A stretch of 64,000 bases of DNA from Kiritimatiellia bacterium (lineage in GTDB: Bacteria > Verrucomicrobiota > Kiritimatiellia > CAIKKV01): the NCBI GenBank assembly GCA_044346855.1, contig JBIIYJ010000002.1, positions 1,089 through 65,088 on the forward strand, written 5' to 3'. Made by a program: the position numbers and the translations under genes. The notes beneath the pieces were generated by a model. It had not been told where the DNA came from and did not search any database. It was given only the letters and a program-made list of their open reading frames with translations. Below are positions 51,274 through 61,697 of this stretch, piece after piece. How positions within the stretch are numbered: position 1 is the first letter of the stretch; each line of letters starts with the position of its first letter.

Positions 51274-54200
51274 AAGGGGTATTCCTGCCGCTCCTCCTCC
51301 TGGCCGCCCTGCCGGGGTTCGCTTTCGAGGTGACGGTGAGCAATGTCCCGTGGCAGCAGGTGTCGGCGTCGAACGCCTTCACCGTCTGCATGGAACGCGA
51401 GGAACTGACTTCCCTCGATCCCGTCAGCCGCATGGTCTTCGCCGTCCAGACCGGCCGGGCCGGGGTTCCGCTCGAGGCGCTTTCCGTCGGCTGGCATATC
51501 CGGCGCGATCAGACGATCATCCATGATGGCCAAGCTCCTATTCCTTCCGGCATGCTGGACGCGGTATTCCTCACCAAGGGCCTGGAGCCCGGCCGCTATG
51601 ACGTGTCGGCCGAATTGCAGCAGGGCGGAAAAACGCTGGCGCGGGCTTCAGCCTTCTTCCGCCTGGTGGAAGCCGCCAGGCCGCCGCAAGCCGGCCAAAT
51701 CCCCCTGAACCTGCCGCGTGGCGTACCTTTGAAAGCTGGCACCTTCCCCGTTTCCGCCGGCGTGCCCTTCCCGAAGGGCGCACTCTGGACGACGGACCGT
51801 CTCCGCGTGGTCGACTCCGAAGGCACGCCTGTCCCCGCCCAGTTCGCCGTCCGCTCCCGTTGGGGGCTGGACGACTCCGCCAGCATCCGCTGGCTGGGTG
51901 TGGATTTCCAGGCTGGCCCGGCCCCGGCCTGGTGGCCGGCCCGTTCGGATACGCGCTACAGGCTCGAGTTCGGACCGAACGTCCAGCCGGTCTCGGCCCA
52001 GGCTGGCGTGTCCGTCACGGAAACGCCCGACGGCCTCCGGGTCGACACGGGGCCGCTCCAGTTCCGGGTGCGGCGCGCAGGCTTCAACCTGCTCGACCAG
52101 GTCCGCCTCCAGGGGGAGCAAGCGCTCCCCGACCGGCCGGGCTCGGGCCTCTACCTGGTCGATCACGAGGGCGCGATCTACCGCGCCGCCAACGATACGA
52201 ACGTCCGGCTTTCGGTGGAGGAGCGGGGCCCGCTGCGGACGGTCATCCGGGCCGAGGGTTGGTATGTGAAGGACGGAACAGCCGGCCGGACCCTTGATTG
52301 GAAACTGCCGACCGACCGGCTTTGCCGGCACGTAACCCGGATCGAGGCGTATGCCGGAAAGCCTTATGTCCGCGTCCTGACCACCTGGATCCTGACGTTC
52401 GACTCGTTGTCGGTGCGGCTGAAGGATGTGGGGCTCAGCCTGCCGGTCACATCCTGCACCGGGGCGACGTTCGGTGTGGAGTCAACCGGGCCCGTGAGCA
52501 CACCTGTGCCGCCGGGGGGAGTCCGCCTCGTCCAGCACCTGCCTCATGCCTTTGCGGTCGAAGATGACGCCGGCCGAACCGTGGCAACCGGCAAACACAG
52601 CGCGGGCTGGGTGTTCGCCGAAACGGAAGGCGGGCTGGTGGGGATCGGGCACCGGGACACGTGGCAGCGCTTCCCGAAGGAGTTCGAGGTCCGGCCGGAC
52701 ACGCTAACAATCCACGTTTGGCCGGCGCATGGACGCCTGCACCCGGAGATCGACGAACTGGCAGAGGACCAGATCCACAAGCTCTGGTTCGCGCACCAGG
52801 GGCCGGAACTGAACATGGCCGAACCGTGGAAATACTACTGGGCGGTCTGCGACATCCGCAACGAGTTCCGTGCGGGCATCTACAGCGGCGCGGGGCAGAC
52901 GCTCGCAGGCGTGCATGCCAGCGCCATGGGCGCGGCCCAGACCAGTGACCTGCTGATCCAGTTCGCGCCCCGGCAGGAGGCCGCCGGGGCGCGGGACACC
53001 GCGGCCTGTTTCCAGGCCGCCCCGCACATGCTGCCCGACACGCGCTGGCTCTGCGACAGCCTGGCGCTGGGCTGGATCCAGCCGTATGATCCGGAGCGGA
53101 TGCCGGGCGCGGAGGAGGTGATCGAGAACCTCGGCAAGGCCGCGTGGGAGACGCAAAACGGCACGGGCGATTACGGGATGTGGATCTACCGCGCCTGGCA
53201 CAACGGCCCGCTCAAGGCGCCGGGAAAGTGGGATTTATACCGGCTCTACAACGGCACCCATCATTACGAGGCCTACGTGCCATGGATGCTCTACGCGCGC
53301 TCCGGCGACCCGGGCTACCTGACCATCGGCCAGGCCAACATCCGCATGCTCACCGATGCGCAGACGATCCATTACGACAATCCCGCGTATCCGCATCGCG
53401 AAATGTGGGCCCAGGGGCGGCTCGTGGGCTCCACCCGCCACACTAACGGCTTCGTCCCGTGGGGCGGCGACCATGCCGTCCTCGGGCATCTCACGTGCTA
53501 CAACGGCATGCTGCTGGCCTATTACCTGACCGGTGATCTCCGCCTGCGCGAGGTGGTGGTGGACGAGTGGCAGCATACGCTCCTGACCGACCGCGCCAAT
53601 CCACAGTTTGCGCTGGCCAATCGCTCCGCAGGCGCAGGCCGCGACGCCAACAACAGCCTTGGCGAACTCCTCGACCTTTACCAACTCACCCACGCCCCCG
53701 CCATCCTGGGGTACCTGCCGAATATGATCGGCCTCTACCTGGGCCGGATGAATACGTGGGGACTCCCCAGCCAGAACATGGTGCTGCACTACGGAAGCGA
53801 ACAGGCGAAAAAACAGATTCTGGAGGGGGTGGCCGACTTCCGCCAAACAAACGGAAAACCGCTCGATCCCCGCGGCCTCTGGTACGGCCCCAGGCCAGGC
53901 ATTTTCGCCCTCGCGTGGATCATCGACCCGAGCACAAGAGCCTATGTGGATGCCTGGTCAACGGCCGGACTAAGCACAAGGCGTCCCGCCGCCCGCCGGT
54001 TCCGGGCCCAGGATCCCGGCCCCAGCATGTTTAGCGCCGCCGATGCCCTCGTCTACCTCCCCCGTGTCCTGTATGCGGTGGTCCGGTCTGGCGGGGACCT
54101 TTCGCCCGGCGCGCTCAAATTGCCGCAACCCCTGGTCTCCCGGCAGGCCATCGTGAAGAAAGAGCGCGACCAGGAGTTCGAAATCAACCTGGACGGCACG

Positions 54201-54716
54201 GTCGGCGAAGGCGGCCTCGTCGTCACCGTGACCCGGCCGGACGGCCGGACGGCGCTGTCAGCCGTCGTTCCCGCCGGCGTCCACAAGCCGTGGACCATCC
54301 GCGTTCCCCCGGACGGACTGACCGGCGACTATACGATCACCGTGCCCCGGCGAGAACCGAAAGACCGGCTCACGGCGCCGCTGACCGCGCTACCCGAAGT
54401 GTACCTGCCCAACAACGAGAAAGGCAAGCCCGGCTGGTGGTGGCAACACGCCGCCACGACCTACTTCGTCCGCTCACGAGGCGAGCAGCGGGAGCCCCTG
54501 GCCATCGGGTCGCACGGCGCCAACTTGTCTGTCATCATCAGCCGCGACGGCATGGAGACGCTCACCGCCTCGAAAAGCGGCTCGCTCCTGCACGCGGAGA
54601 TCGGCCCCGAAGGGGTTTGGGTGGTGTTGCATTCCACTTACGCGGCGGCGAGCAACTGCCCCATCATGTCCGTGTCCCCCGAAAAATGGTTCGTTCCGGA
54701 CCGCCTTAAACCTTGA
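51270..54716 (+). CDS. Very large secreted protein (1,148 aa), putative glycan-degrading enzyme, paralogue of 44247..47846
   Basis: The ATG at 51270 forms an ATGA overlap with the upstream stop, and a GGAAGGAGG RBS is present. Signal peptide MKGVFLPLLLLAALPGFA. It shares blocks with 44247..47846 (AGVPFPKGAL...VPAQ...IRWLGVDF, LRTVIRAEGWYV, HRDTWQRFPKEFE, TLTIHVWPAH). Confidence 0.8.
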   Translation: MKGVFLPLLLLAALPGFAFEVTVSNVPWQQVSASNAFTVCMEREELTSLDPVSRMVFAVQTGRAGVPLEALSVGWHIRRDQTIIHDGQAPIPSGMLDAVFLTKGLEPGRYDVSAELQQGGKTLARASAFFRLVEAARPPQAGQIPLNLPRGVPLKAGTFPVSAGVPFPKGALWTTDRLRVVDSEGTPVPAQFAVRSRWGLDDSASIRWLGVDFQAGPAPAWWPARSDTRYRLEFGPNVQPVSAQAGVSVTETPDGLRVDTGPLQFRVRRAGFNLLDQVRLQGEQALPDRPGSGLYLVDHEGAIYRAANDTNVRLSVEERGPLRTVIRAEGWYVKDGTAGRTLDWKLPTDRLCRHVTRIEAYAGKPYVRVLTTWILTFDSLSVRLKDVGLSLPVTSCTGATFGVESTGPVSTPVPPGGVRLVQHLPHAFAVEDDAGRTVATGKHSAGWVFAETEGGLVGIGHRDTWQRFPKEFEVRPDTLTIHVWPAHGRLHPEIDELAEDQIHKLWFAHQGPELNMAEPWKYYWAVCDIRNEFRAGIYSGAGQTLAGVHASAMGAAQTSDLLIQFAPRQEAAGARDTAACFQAAPHMLPDTRWLCDSLALGWIQPYDPERMPGAEEVIENLGKAAWETQNGTGDYGMWIYRAWHNGPLKAPGKWDLYRLYNGTHHYEAYVPWMLYARSGDPGYLTIGQANIRMLTDAQTIHYDNPAYPHREMWAQGRLVGSTRHTNGFVPWGGDHAVLGHLTCYNGMLLAYYLTGDLRLREVVVDEWQHTLLTDRANPQFALANRSAGAGRDANNSLGELLDLYQLTHAPAILGYLPNMIGLYLGRMNTWGLPSQNMVLHYGSEQAKKQILEGVADFRQTNGKPLDPRGLWYGPRPGIFALAWIIDPSTRAYVDAWSTAGLSTRRPAARRFRAQDPGPSMFSAADALVYLPRVLYAVVRSGGDLSPGALKLPQPLVSRQAIVKKERDQEFEINLDGTVGEGGLVVTVTRPDGRTALSAVVPAGVHKPWTIRVPPDGLTGDYTITVPRREPKDRLTAPLTALPEVYLPNNEKGKPGWWWQHAATTYFVRSRGEQREPLAIGSHGANLSVIISRDGMETLTASKSGSLLHAEIGPEGVWVVLHSTYAAASNCPIMSVSPEKWFVPDRLKP

Positions 54717-54747
54717 ACGATCCCGCCAGGAAAAGGAACTCATTGCC

Positions 54748-55497
54748 ATGCCTACCGAGCCCCATCCGCCGAACACGCCCGTCAGCGATATCTACCACTA
54801 CCCCCACGTCGCGCCCCAGAAAAAGACCCGCCTGCTGACGGAAACCTACGACTACGAAATGCCGTTTAAATACGCGAACATCCGCGTGGTCCGCTGGTTC
54901 ACGCCCGGCCGCGAGGGGCATGGCGTGGAACTGGGCGTCATCAACGCCGTCCCGCAGCCCGGCCTGCGAGACCCGGTCGCCCATGAGGCGGACCACCTCG
55001 TCATCGAGGAGCCCGATCCCGTTATCCGGGTCGCCGTCATCGGCAGCGCCTGCACGCCGCCGGGCTATGTCCAGTTGGAATGCGAGCCCGTCCCCGAATG
55101 GCGGAACGACTGGGAATCCCCCTCTGCCCTGCCGGTGCGCTTCCGCGCGGAGAACTTGTGGGGCATGCACCTGCGCGTGGATGCGCTGATGGCGAAATCG
55201 GCCGTTGACCCCAAAATCGGCCCGCCCCCCGGCCTGGGCTACGAGGCGATGCCCGAGGCGATCAAGGAGCTCTACCCCAGCACGCGCGAGAATCCCTGGC
55301 ATGCCAAATCGCACTACAGCGAGAACCCCCTCGCCGGCATGAGCTGCGCGGTGTTTGAAATCCCCCCCTCGCGGCGCGTCCGCGTTTCCGGGGGTAGCGT
55401 TTCCACCGGCTGGACCAGCGACAACTTTCCCACCGACAACCACTACTCCTTCCGCACAATCCGCACGACCGTGCTGGTTCGGCGCGAGGACGTTTAA
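54748..55497 (+). CDS. Hypothetical protein (249 aa), no signal peptide
   Basis: Non-shadow composition (Y/W/E/H-rich). It starts 31 nt after the giant's stop. No family recognised. Confidence 0.55.
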   Translation: MPTEPHPPNTPVSDIYHYPHVAPQKKTRLLTETYDYEMPFKYANIRVVRWFTPGREGHGVELGVINAVPQPGLRDPVAHEADHLVIEEPDPVIRVAVIGSACTPPGYVQLECEPVPEWRNDWESPSALPVRFRAENLWGMHLRVDALMAKSAVDPKIGPPPGLGYEAMPEAIKELYPSTRENPWHAKSHYSENPLAGMSCAVFEIPPSRRVRVSGGSVSTGWTSDNFPTDNHYSFRTIRTTVLVRREDV

Positions 55498-57455
55498 GAC
55501 CGGATGGCCCGGAAGTCCTTCTCAAGGGCCACCCGGTAGGCCTTGATTTTGCCGGCCAGATTCGCCCAGTCCGGCGCGCTTCGTTCGAAGTCGGCCACCC
55601 ACTCGTTGAAAAGGCCAAGTGCGCGATCGTGCAACTCAAGCGCGCGCGCTTCCAGCGCGGCCTTTTCCCCTGCAGCCGCTGAAACCGCCAAATCGCGGCA
55701 GCCGAAGGCCGCCAGGACATGGCAGCCAAACAGGGCGAAAGCCTTCTGCATGACCAGATTGACCCGGATCCCCGCCACGCGCTCCCGCATTTCCTGGCAA
55801 TCCGCCGCCGCCAGGGCGGAGTCGAGCAGCGCCAGCACGCCGCCCATCCGCTCAGCCACCTGCCGCAGCACCGCCTCATGCAGATCGGGATTGTACCCCG
55901 AAAGCTGGTAGGTTGACGGAATTCCCCTTATAAGATCCGCCAGCCTGAATCCGTTGAAAAGCGGTTGATTGTGCAGAGCATCCAAGCTCGTATAAAATGT
56001 CCGCATGGCGGGTCCGGCGGACCCGAACAGCGCCGTCAGTAAAGAGGCATCCCGCCCTGCCCAATCGACCTCGGGATCCCACAGGCAGGCGGCCAGAGCG
56101 TGCAGGTCGCGGAAGAACCAGGGGAATTGCGGATCCATGCAATAGCAGGTCACGCTGCCCTGCAAGCCCAGCGCCTTGTAATAACGCAGATCGGCCTGTA
56201 TGACGCGAGGCGTGTCGAACACATTCTGCCCGCTGAGATTGTGGTCCACGTAATAGGTGAACACCACCGCCGGCCCGAGCCGCACCCACCCCGCAAGATC
56301 CCGGCAGCACTCGGCATGCGTGCGCATGGGATGGAAACCGCGCCGGGCCTTTTCCTTTGCCTCTTCGGAAGCCCAGCGGCCGCGACCATACCAGGCATCG
56401 CAGATCGGCTGCGTGAAAGACTGATCCCAGTAGTGGCACACGCTGGTCATGACCTGCGGATGGGGCCGCGTCTCTTTCGGGGGGGCCGCATAGCCGATGT
56501 AGGCCAGATGATCGATGACCAGGTCCGCCCGAGCAGCCGCAATCTTCTCCGTCACGGCGTTGACGTAGCGGAGCACCAGGCCGCCCATGTCGCCGGCGGC
56601 GATCTCGTCGGGGTCGAAGCCGGTCCCGTCCAGCGGCCACAGGCCGAGGCATTTCACGGACGGGAACCGCTCCAGCAGCCGCTTCACGTTTTCCACCACC
56701 ACCGGCACGCTCGCCAGGTTGGAGAAGCGGAGCTGCCGGCCGAACCGGTTGGCGACGGAGGCATACCAGTCCGGATGCTGTTCCGCATGCGCTTCGGCAG
56801 GCACGAAATAGTTCAGGCTGTGGATGCCCAGGTCCAGATCCAGGTCGCGCTCCTCCATGAGCGGGCCCAGCTCCTTGCCCGCGAGCTCCCACGCCCGGAC
56901 ATCGATCTGAATGCGGTTGAACTTGAGCTTGGCCGCCCAATCGATCAGCCGGGCCAGCCCCTTGGGGTCATCCCCGGTCGCGCCATGAAGGCCGAAGCCC
57001 CGGACCGGAAAGGCCGGCTGCGACAGTCTCCGCAAGCCGGGCAGGTCGCGTTCCGGGTTGACCGGAAAGGACTCGATCCCCGCGGCGGAAATGGCGAATT
57101 CGATGCCGCACGCGTCCCGCAGAAAGTCGTAGACCGCGTATAGGACCGCGCGCGGTCGGGCGCCATACAGGCCCACGCGCCCGTCCCCGATCAGGGTCAC
57201 GCCCGCTTCCGGCCCCGCGCGCCTGATCGCCTCACGGTCAAAGCCGTTCTTGAGAAGATCGGCCTGTACGTCCGCCTCATCGAAGAGGCCCAGGTGGAAA
57301 GCGATCGATCCTCCCGGCCGGCCTTGGCTGCTGGAGTCCGCAGGGAAGAGCCGGGCCCGATAACGTTGGAGTTCGGTCGCCGCGAACTGCAAAGCCGGAT
57401 GATCGCCGTTGAGGCGAATCGAATCGGCTGTCAGGACGTTATGATGACGTTGCAT
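55494..57455 (-). CDS. Putative glycoside-hydrolase-like TIM-barrel protein (DUF4838-like?), 653 aa
   Basis: Coherent ORF with non-shadow composition. The N-terminal pattern (GVTLIGDGRVGLYGARPRAVLYAVYDFLRDACGIEF) resembles the N-domain of GH20/GH67-like DUF4838 proteins. The family call is from memory and tentative. Confidence 0.65.
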   Translation of the reverse strand: MQRHHNVLTADSIRLNGDHPALQFAATELQRYRARLFPADSSSQGRPGGSIAFHLGLFDEADVQADLLKNGFDREAIRRAGPEAGVTLIGDGRVGLYGARPRAVLYAVYDFLRDACGIEFAISAAGIESFPVNPERDLPGLRRLSQPAFPVRGFGLHGATGDDPKGLARLIDWAAKLKFNRIQIDVRAWELAGKELGPLMEERDLDLDLGIHSLNYFVPAEAHAEQHPDWYASVANRFGRQLRFSNLASVPVVVENVKRLLERFPSVKCLGLWPLDGTGFDPDEIAAGDMGGLVLRYVNAVTEKIAAARADLVIDHLAYIGYAAPPKETRPHPQVMTSVCHYWDQSFTQPICDAWYGRGRWASEEAKEKARRGFHPMRTHAECCRDLAGWVRLGPAVVFTYYVDHNLSGQNVFDTPRVIQADLRYYKALGLQGSVTCYCMDPQFPWFFRDLHALAACLWDPEVDWAGRDASLLTALFGSAGPAMRTFYTSLDALHNQPLFNGFRLADLIRGIPSTYQLSGYNPDLHEAVLRQVAERMGGVLALLDSALAAADCQEMRERVAGIRVNLVMQKAFALFGCHVLAAFGCRDLAVSAAAGEKAALEARALELHDRALGLFNEWVADFERSAPDWANLAGKIKAYRVALEKDFRAIRS

Positions 57456-57989
57456 GTACGTGCCCCTTCATTCCGTGAACCTGCTTCCGGAAGGTAGAGA
57501 AGAAGCGGGCCAAGGTCAAGCCGGACCCGCCACAACGGGCAACAGCGGGCGCATCTGCGAGTTATAACAGGCGCGGGGAAGGTGCGGGTTGGCAAGAAAG
57601 CAATCCTTGCGATAGAGGCGCGATTCTGCGCGACGCTGCCTTCTCTTCCGGAGGGCGGAGCTCCGCGACGCCGCATGCGCATGACTGGTGGACGGCATAG
57701 CCCTTGTGGACAGGACGGGCGGAGATCAGGAAGACGGCGTCGCGGGAGCTCGGCCCTTCTAAGAGGAACCGCTGTCAACCACGGAAACGCCTCTTTCCTC
57801 TTCTCCTTCTTCGAAGTCCGCTCAAGGATGGACCGGCTTTGTCGATCACCGCCCCGTGTTCGGAGCGGGCAACCTTCTATCCGTATCGGCCAGGCCGAGA
57901 ACAAGATGCTGCATGCGACAGACGCCGACAGCCGGAATAAACAGGAAGAACCATCTCCGAAAACGGTGTGATTAGCACCCGGGGCCAAG

Positions 57990-59260
57990 CCGTTCTCCTG
58001 AACACCCTTCGCAGCACTTCAAAGTTTCTTTCCGTTTAGTTGTATGTTGTCCGGGCTTGGTTAAGCCTTCAAGATGGCGCCTTCAGGCACCAGGTCCTGC
58101 TCCACGAACTTCCATAGCGCGATGAGCAGCTTCCTGGCCAACGCGACGATTCCCTTGCGTTTGGATCGGCTGGTGCCGTCCCGGACGAAACGATCCAAGA
58201 ACCAGTTCGTTAACGCGCTTTTCGGTTGCCACCGGACCCAGCCCCAGGCCAACTCGATCATGGTGGCACGTACACGCACGCTGCCGGCCTTGCTGATCCC
58301 CTGCTCGCGAAGCGTATCGCCGCTATCGTAGGGCGTCCCCGTCAGACCGGCAAACGACCCGAGTTGCTTGCGATTGCCGAACACGCGCCAGCCAAAACAT
58401 TCATGGCTCAGGATCCATCCGCTTTGGACGCCAACCGCCTTTAACCGGCACAACTTTGCCGCCTTCGCGGCGGCCGCGGTCACCGGTTTTCCCAGGGCTG
58501 CGGCCTGTTGCGTCTCCACCTCCTTCATTTGCTCTTCCACAAGAACCAAGCGCTCTTGCTCCCGATTCAACTCGTTGACCAAGAGCGCCGGCAAGGGCTT
58601 GCCTTCCCAGTCGCGCACCTGGTCCATTCTTGTTCTGGCGGGATTTCCGATCACCACGCCATGAAGAATGCAGAGCGATTTGATCCGGGCGTAGTGCCCC
58701 GTGCGCTCCTTCACCAGCCGTTGCCGTACACGATGCCGACGCGTCTCGGCCTCCTGCGTTTCGCTGGGCACGCGCACGACCGCATAGGCATCCGCTTGCC
58801 CCCACAGCACCTTGCGCAACAACAGCTGTAATAACTTCCGCGCATCCAACCGATCGGTTTTCCGCTGTCGGGCCCGACGGGGCACTTCAATGCTGGCCGG
58901 GTCCATCACGTGACAATCGCAGCCGTGATTCTGGAGCATCCGCGAGATCCAGAACCCATCCCGCCCCGCCTCATACCCAAACAGCGCCTTCGCATTGGGG
59001 GGCAGTCCCAGCTTCTCTTTCGCAACGGCCAACTCATGAATCAATTGCGCCTCATTGCGGGCGAGGATCGTCCGCTCCCGCTCCCGGCTCCCGTCGCCAA
59101 ACACCAGCTTCCATTTCTTGTTGCTCAGTTCCATCGCACGAATACAGTCTTCTCTTGCAGGGTCATGGCTCAGCCTCCAGGTTGGTGTTTCAGTCACAAC
59201 AACTATAGTGGCTGATCATGGCCCTGCATAGTATCTCCGTAGAAAAGGCGAAATGCATCC
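57990..59260 (-). mobile_element. IS110-family insertion sequence (ends not determined)
   Basis: A single transposase ORF sits in a locally lower-GC segment. IS110-family elements lack classical terminal inverted repeats, so the boundaries given are approximate. Confidence 0.5.
58061..59197 (-). CDS. IS110-family transposase/recombinase (DEDD RuvC-like N-domain + Transposase_20 C-domain)
   Basis: 378 aa. N-terminal AMELSNKKWKLVF...FGYEAGRDGFWISRML...KTDRLDARKLL. C-terminal LGSFAGLTGTPYDSGDTLREQGISKAGSVRVRATMIELAW. Confidence 0.9.
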   Translation of the reverse strand: MTETPTWRLSHDPAREDCIRAMELSNKKWKLVFGDGSRERERTILARNEAQLIHELAVAKEKLGLPPNAKALFGYEAGRDGFWISRMLQNHGCDCHVMDPASIEVPRRARQRKTDRLDARKLLQLLLRKVLWGQADAYAVVRVPSETQEAETRRHRVRQRLVKERTGHYARIKSLCILHGVVIGNPARTRMDQVRDWEGKPLPALLVNELNREQERLVLVEEQMKEVETQQAAALGKPVTAAAAKAAKLCRLKAVGVQSGWILSHECFGWRVFGNRKQLGSFAGLTGTPYDSGDTLREQGISKAGSVRVRATMIELAWGWVRWQPKSALTNWFLDRFVRDGTSRSKRKGIVALARKLLIALWKFVEQDLVPEGAILKA

Positions 59261-59339
59261 GGAGGGACGATCTCCCGCGAGTCCTCATGCGCAAGCCTGG
59301 CGCATGCGGCTCACCCGGAGGGTTCGCCGGCTTTTGAAC

Positions 59340-61445
59340 TTATTTCACCTGGAAATTCAAGTTCGCCTTGCCCCACTTGATCCGGGCTATGTAAATCCGG
59401 TTGTTGCCGCCGCGCCGCTCGGTCAGCTCCAGATTGAGGGTATTCTTGGCATCCCCCTGCATGCACTCGGACGTGACGATCCAGCTCTCGTCCACCGAGG
59501 CGTTGACCGTCCCGAAATTGCCCAGCTGGGCGCCTAGCTTCGGCACCACCACCCGCTCCGTCGACCGGACCACGCACAGCCGCTCCGGATCCACCTGCGC
59601 CAGGAACAGCGGGGCCCGGTGCCGCACGATCTCGTCGTTGTCCGCCCCCCGCCGCGTATAGCTCAGGAACAGCCCGTCGCTGTGCGTCACCCAGTGCTGC
59701 TGGGTGTTGTAGCTGCCCAGCTCCGCCCCGTCGTCAAACGCCCACGCCACCGGCTTGCCGAAGTGCAGCCCGTCATCCCCCACCGCCACATAACCCCGCT
59801 GGTCGTTGCGCATGGTCAGGTAATAGCGGCCCTTGAACAGGGTCAGGGACGACTCGTACAGCCCCCGCGGCTCCGGCACGGACAGGAAGTCCCCGTGGCC
59901 AAGATAGCGCATCGTCTCGCCGTCGAACGACACCCGCAGCACCGTGGTCGCGAAGCAGGCCTTCCAGAAATTCGACCCCACCGCCGCCTTCGACATCACC
60001 GACACCGGGATCAGGCTCTCGCCGTTCGGCAGGTCCACGCGCTGCGTGCACCCCGCGCCGGCCCAGAAAAAGGCGTCCGGATCGGGATACTCCAGGATCT
60101 TCCACTCCGACCATGTCCCCTTTTTGGGATCATAGGCGGCGTAGCACAGCTCCCGCCGGTGCAGGTTGTCCACCGCCACATGCCCCTTGGGGCCGGGCGA
60201 ATAGATGGCGGTGTGGCCCGTGGCCAGCAGGCGGCCGGAGGCGGCGTGCCAGGCCGGCGTCATGTCGCACGGGCAGATGTCGAACCCGTCGGGCAGCGTG
60301 TGCCGGTCCAGCCGCGGCTGCGGCTCCGGGTCGCTCCACGTCCGCCCCAGGTCGCCCGAATACATGACGTTGACCGCCGAAAAAATGTCACTCCCCCACA
60401 GCTGGTTCCGCGTCAGCGTCAGGACCGCCCGCCCCCCCGGCATGATGCCGATGCGCGGCTGGAACCAGCCCGTCTTTCGGTCATACCCCTCCCGCACCGT
60501 CTGAAGCTCGAGATCCCATTTCAAAGTTTCCGTGAACAATCCTTTGTTATTCACTCTTTCAGCATTGAACTTGTCGCCGTACACGACGGCGCCATCCCCG
60601 ACCGTGAAGAACCCCACGCCTTTGGAGTAAAGAGCGTATTCGCTTACCGCTACCCGGCCGCTGTACGAAGACCCGGAACCCGCCACATAAACCCGGCCCG
60701 TGCCGTTGACGATATCGCCCCCGATGTACATGCCGCCTCCCACGATCTTATAGGAGCTTCCGTTCGTGATCACCAGGCTCGCATCGTGACCGCCCTGGGA
60801 GCCCATGTATGAATTGTTGGCGATCTGACTCCACGTCGAAGCGCCCTCTAGCAGGATCAGTCCCTCATGACGAATATCGGCGGCCTGGCTCACGAGCGTG
60901 GACTTGTTGATCACACGGAGATGTCCATAGGCACCCGCTGACGATACGGTTAAACTCTGGAAAAATCCAATGCCTCCGTCCAGAACCAGCGTGCCGTACT
61001 TGGATGCGGCGTCCCCAATGAGAGCCCCCCCGCTGTTGGTGAAGGTCCCCCCCACCACATGCAGCACCGAACCGGGCTTGCCCGGTACCGGGTTGGCGGG
61101 ATGGTACAACGCCGAGCCCCTCAGGTACACGCCCCCTGAGCCCAGCGTGTAGGTCTGCCCTGCCGCAATGGTCAGGGTGACATAGGCGCCATCGTCCACC
61201 CGAATGCCCCCGGCGTTCGTGCTGACGTCCAGGGTGACGTTGTAGGAATTCGTCCCGGTGCCGAAGTAGGCTGTTGCAGAAGGACTCGGCACCACCCCGC
61301 CGGTCCAGTTGTTCGTGTCGGAATAGGAACCCGACTTGACGGTTGTTTTCCAGAAGACGTTTTGCGCTGTCCCCGCCAGGGGCAACAGGGTCGTTAGAAC
61401 AAAAAGCGACATGGCCCACACAAAACTTGCTCGAAACCGGGGCAT
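59340..61445 (-). CDS. Secreted chimera: N-terminal beta-helix/autotransporter-like repeat region + C-terminal sialidase-like beta-propeller
   Basis: 701 aa. Signal peptide MPRFRASFVWAMSLFVLTTLLPLAGTAQN. N-terminal module is FWKTTVKSGSYSDTNNWTGGVVPSPSATAYF. The C-terminal half has one BNR-like motif SGDLGRTWS and is W/Y/D-rich and propeller-like. Confidence 0.75.
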   Translation of the reverse strand: MPRFRASFVWAMSLFVLTTLLPLAGTAQNVFWKTTVKSGSYSDTNNWTGGVVPSPSATAYFGTGTNSYNVTLDVSTNAGGIRVDDGAYVTLTIAAGQTYTLGSGGVYLRGSALYHPANPVPGKPGSVLHVVGGTFTNSGGALIGDAASKYGTLVLDGGIGFFQSLTVSSAGAYGHLRVINKSTLVSQAADIRHEGLILLEGASTWSQIANNSYMGSQGGHDASLVITNGSSYKIVGGGMYIGGDIVNGTGRVYVAGSGSSYSGRVAVSEYALYSKGVGFFTVGDGAVVYGDKFNAERVNNKGLFTETLKWDLELQTVREGYDRKTGWFQPRIGIMPGGRAVLTLTRNQLWGSDIFSAVNVMYSGDLGRTWSDPEPQPRLDRHTLPDGFDICPCDMTPAWHAASGRLLATGHTAIYSPGPKGHVAVDNLHRRELCYAAYDPKKGTWSEWKILEYPDPDAFFWAGAGCTQRVDLPNGESLIPVSVMSKAAVGSNFWKACFATTVLRVSFDGETMRYLGHGDFLSVPEPRGLYESSLTLFKGRYYLTMRNDQRGYVAVGDDGLHFGKPVAWAFDDGAELGSYNTQQHWVTHSDGLFLSYTRRGADNDEIVRHRAPLFLAQVDPERLCVVRSTERVVVPKLGAQLGNFGTVNASVDESWIVTSECMQGDAKNTLNLELTERRGGNNRIYIARIKWGKANLNFQVK

Positions 61446-61697
61446 ACAGCCCTCCCGCTTTGTTTCAACAGCCCATCACTCAACCTGTTTTATCTTACCC
61501 CATCGCACGGCATCGGAGAAACAGGAAATGAAGTTTGTTTTATAATAAACTCCGATTCCGGTCAAACCGCCGCGCGATCTCATTTCGTCTCCGCCTCGCC
61601 GAACGGGGGGCGAAGCCCCCCTTTCCAATGCGGCTCGAAGAATTCCTCCGCTGCGGCCGCGCGCAACGGCCCCGTCCCGCCCGTTCGCCGGATTCTA

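Noticed and set aside
57676-59292. 8-nt inverted match GCGCATGA/TCATGCGC as the IS110 termini
   Set aside because: An 8-mer match in about 740 nt of GC-rich flanks is expected by chance, and IS110-family elements typically lack terminal inverted repeats. It is mentioned only as a hint.
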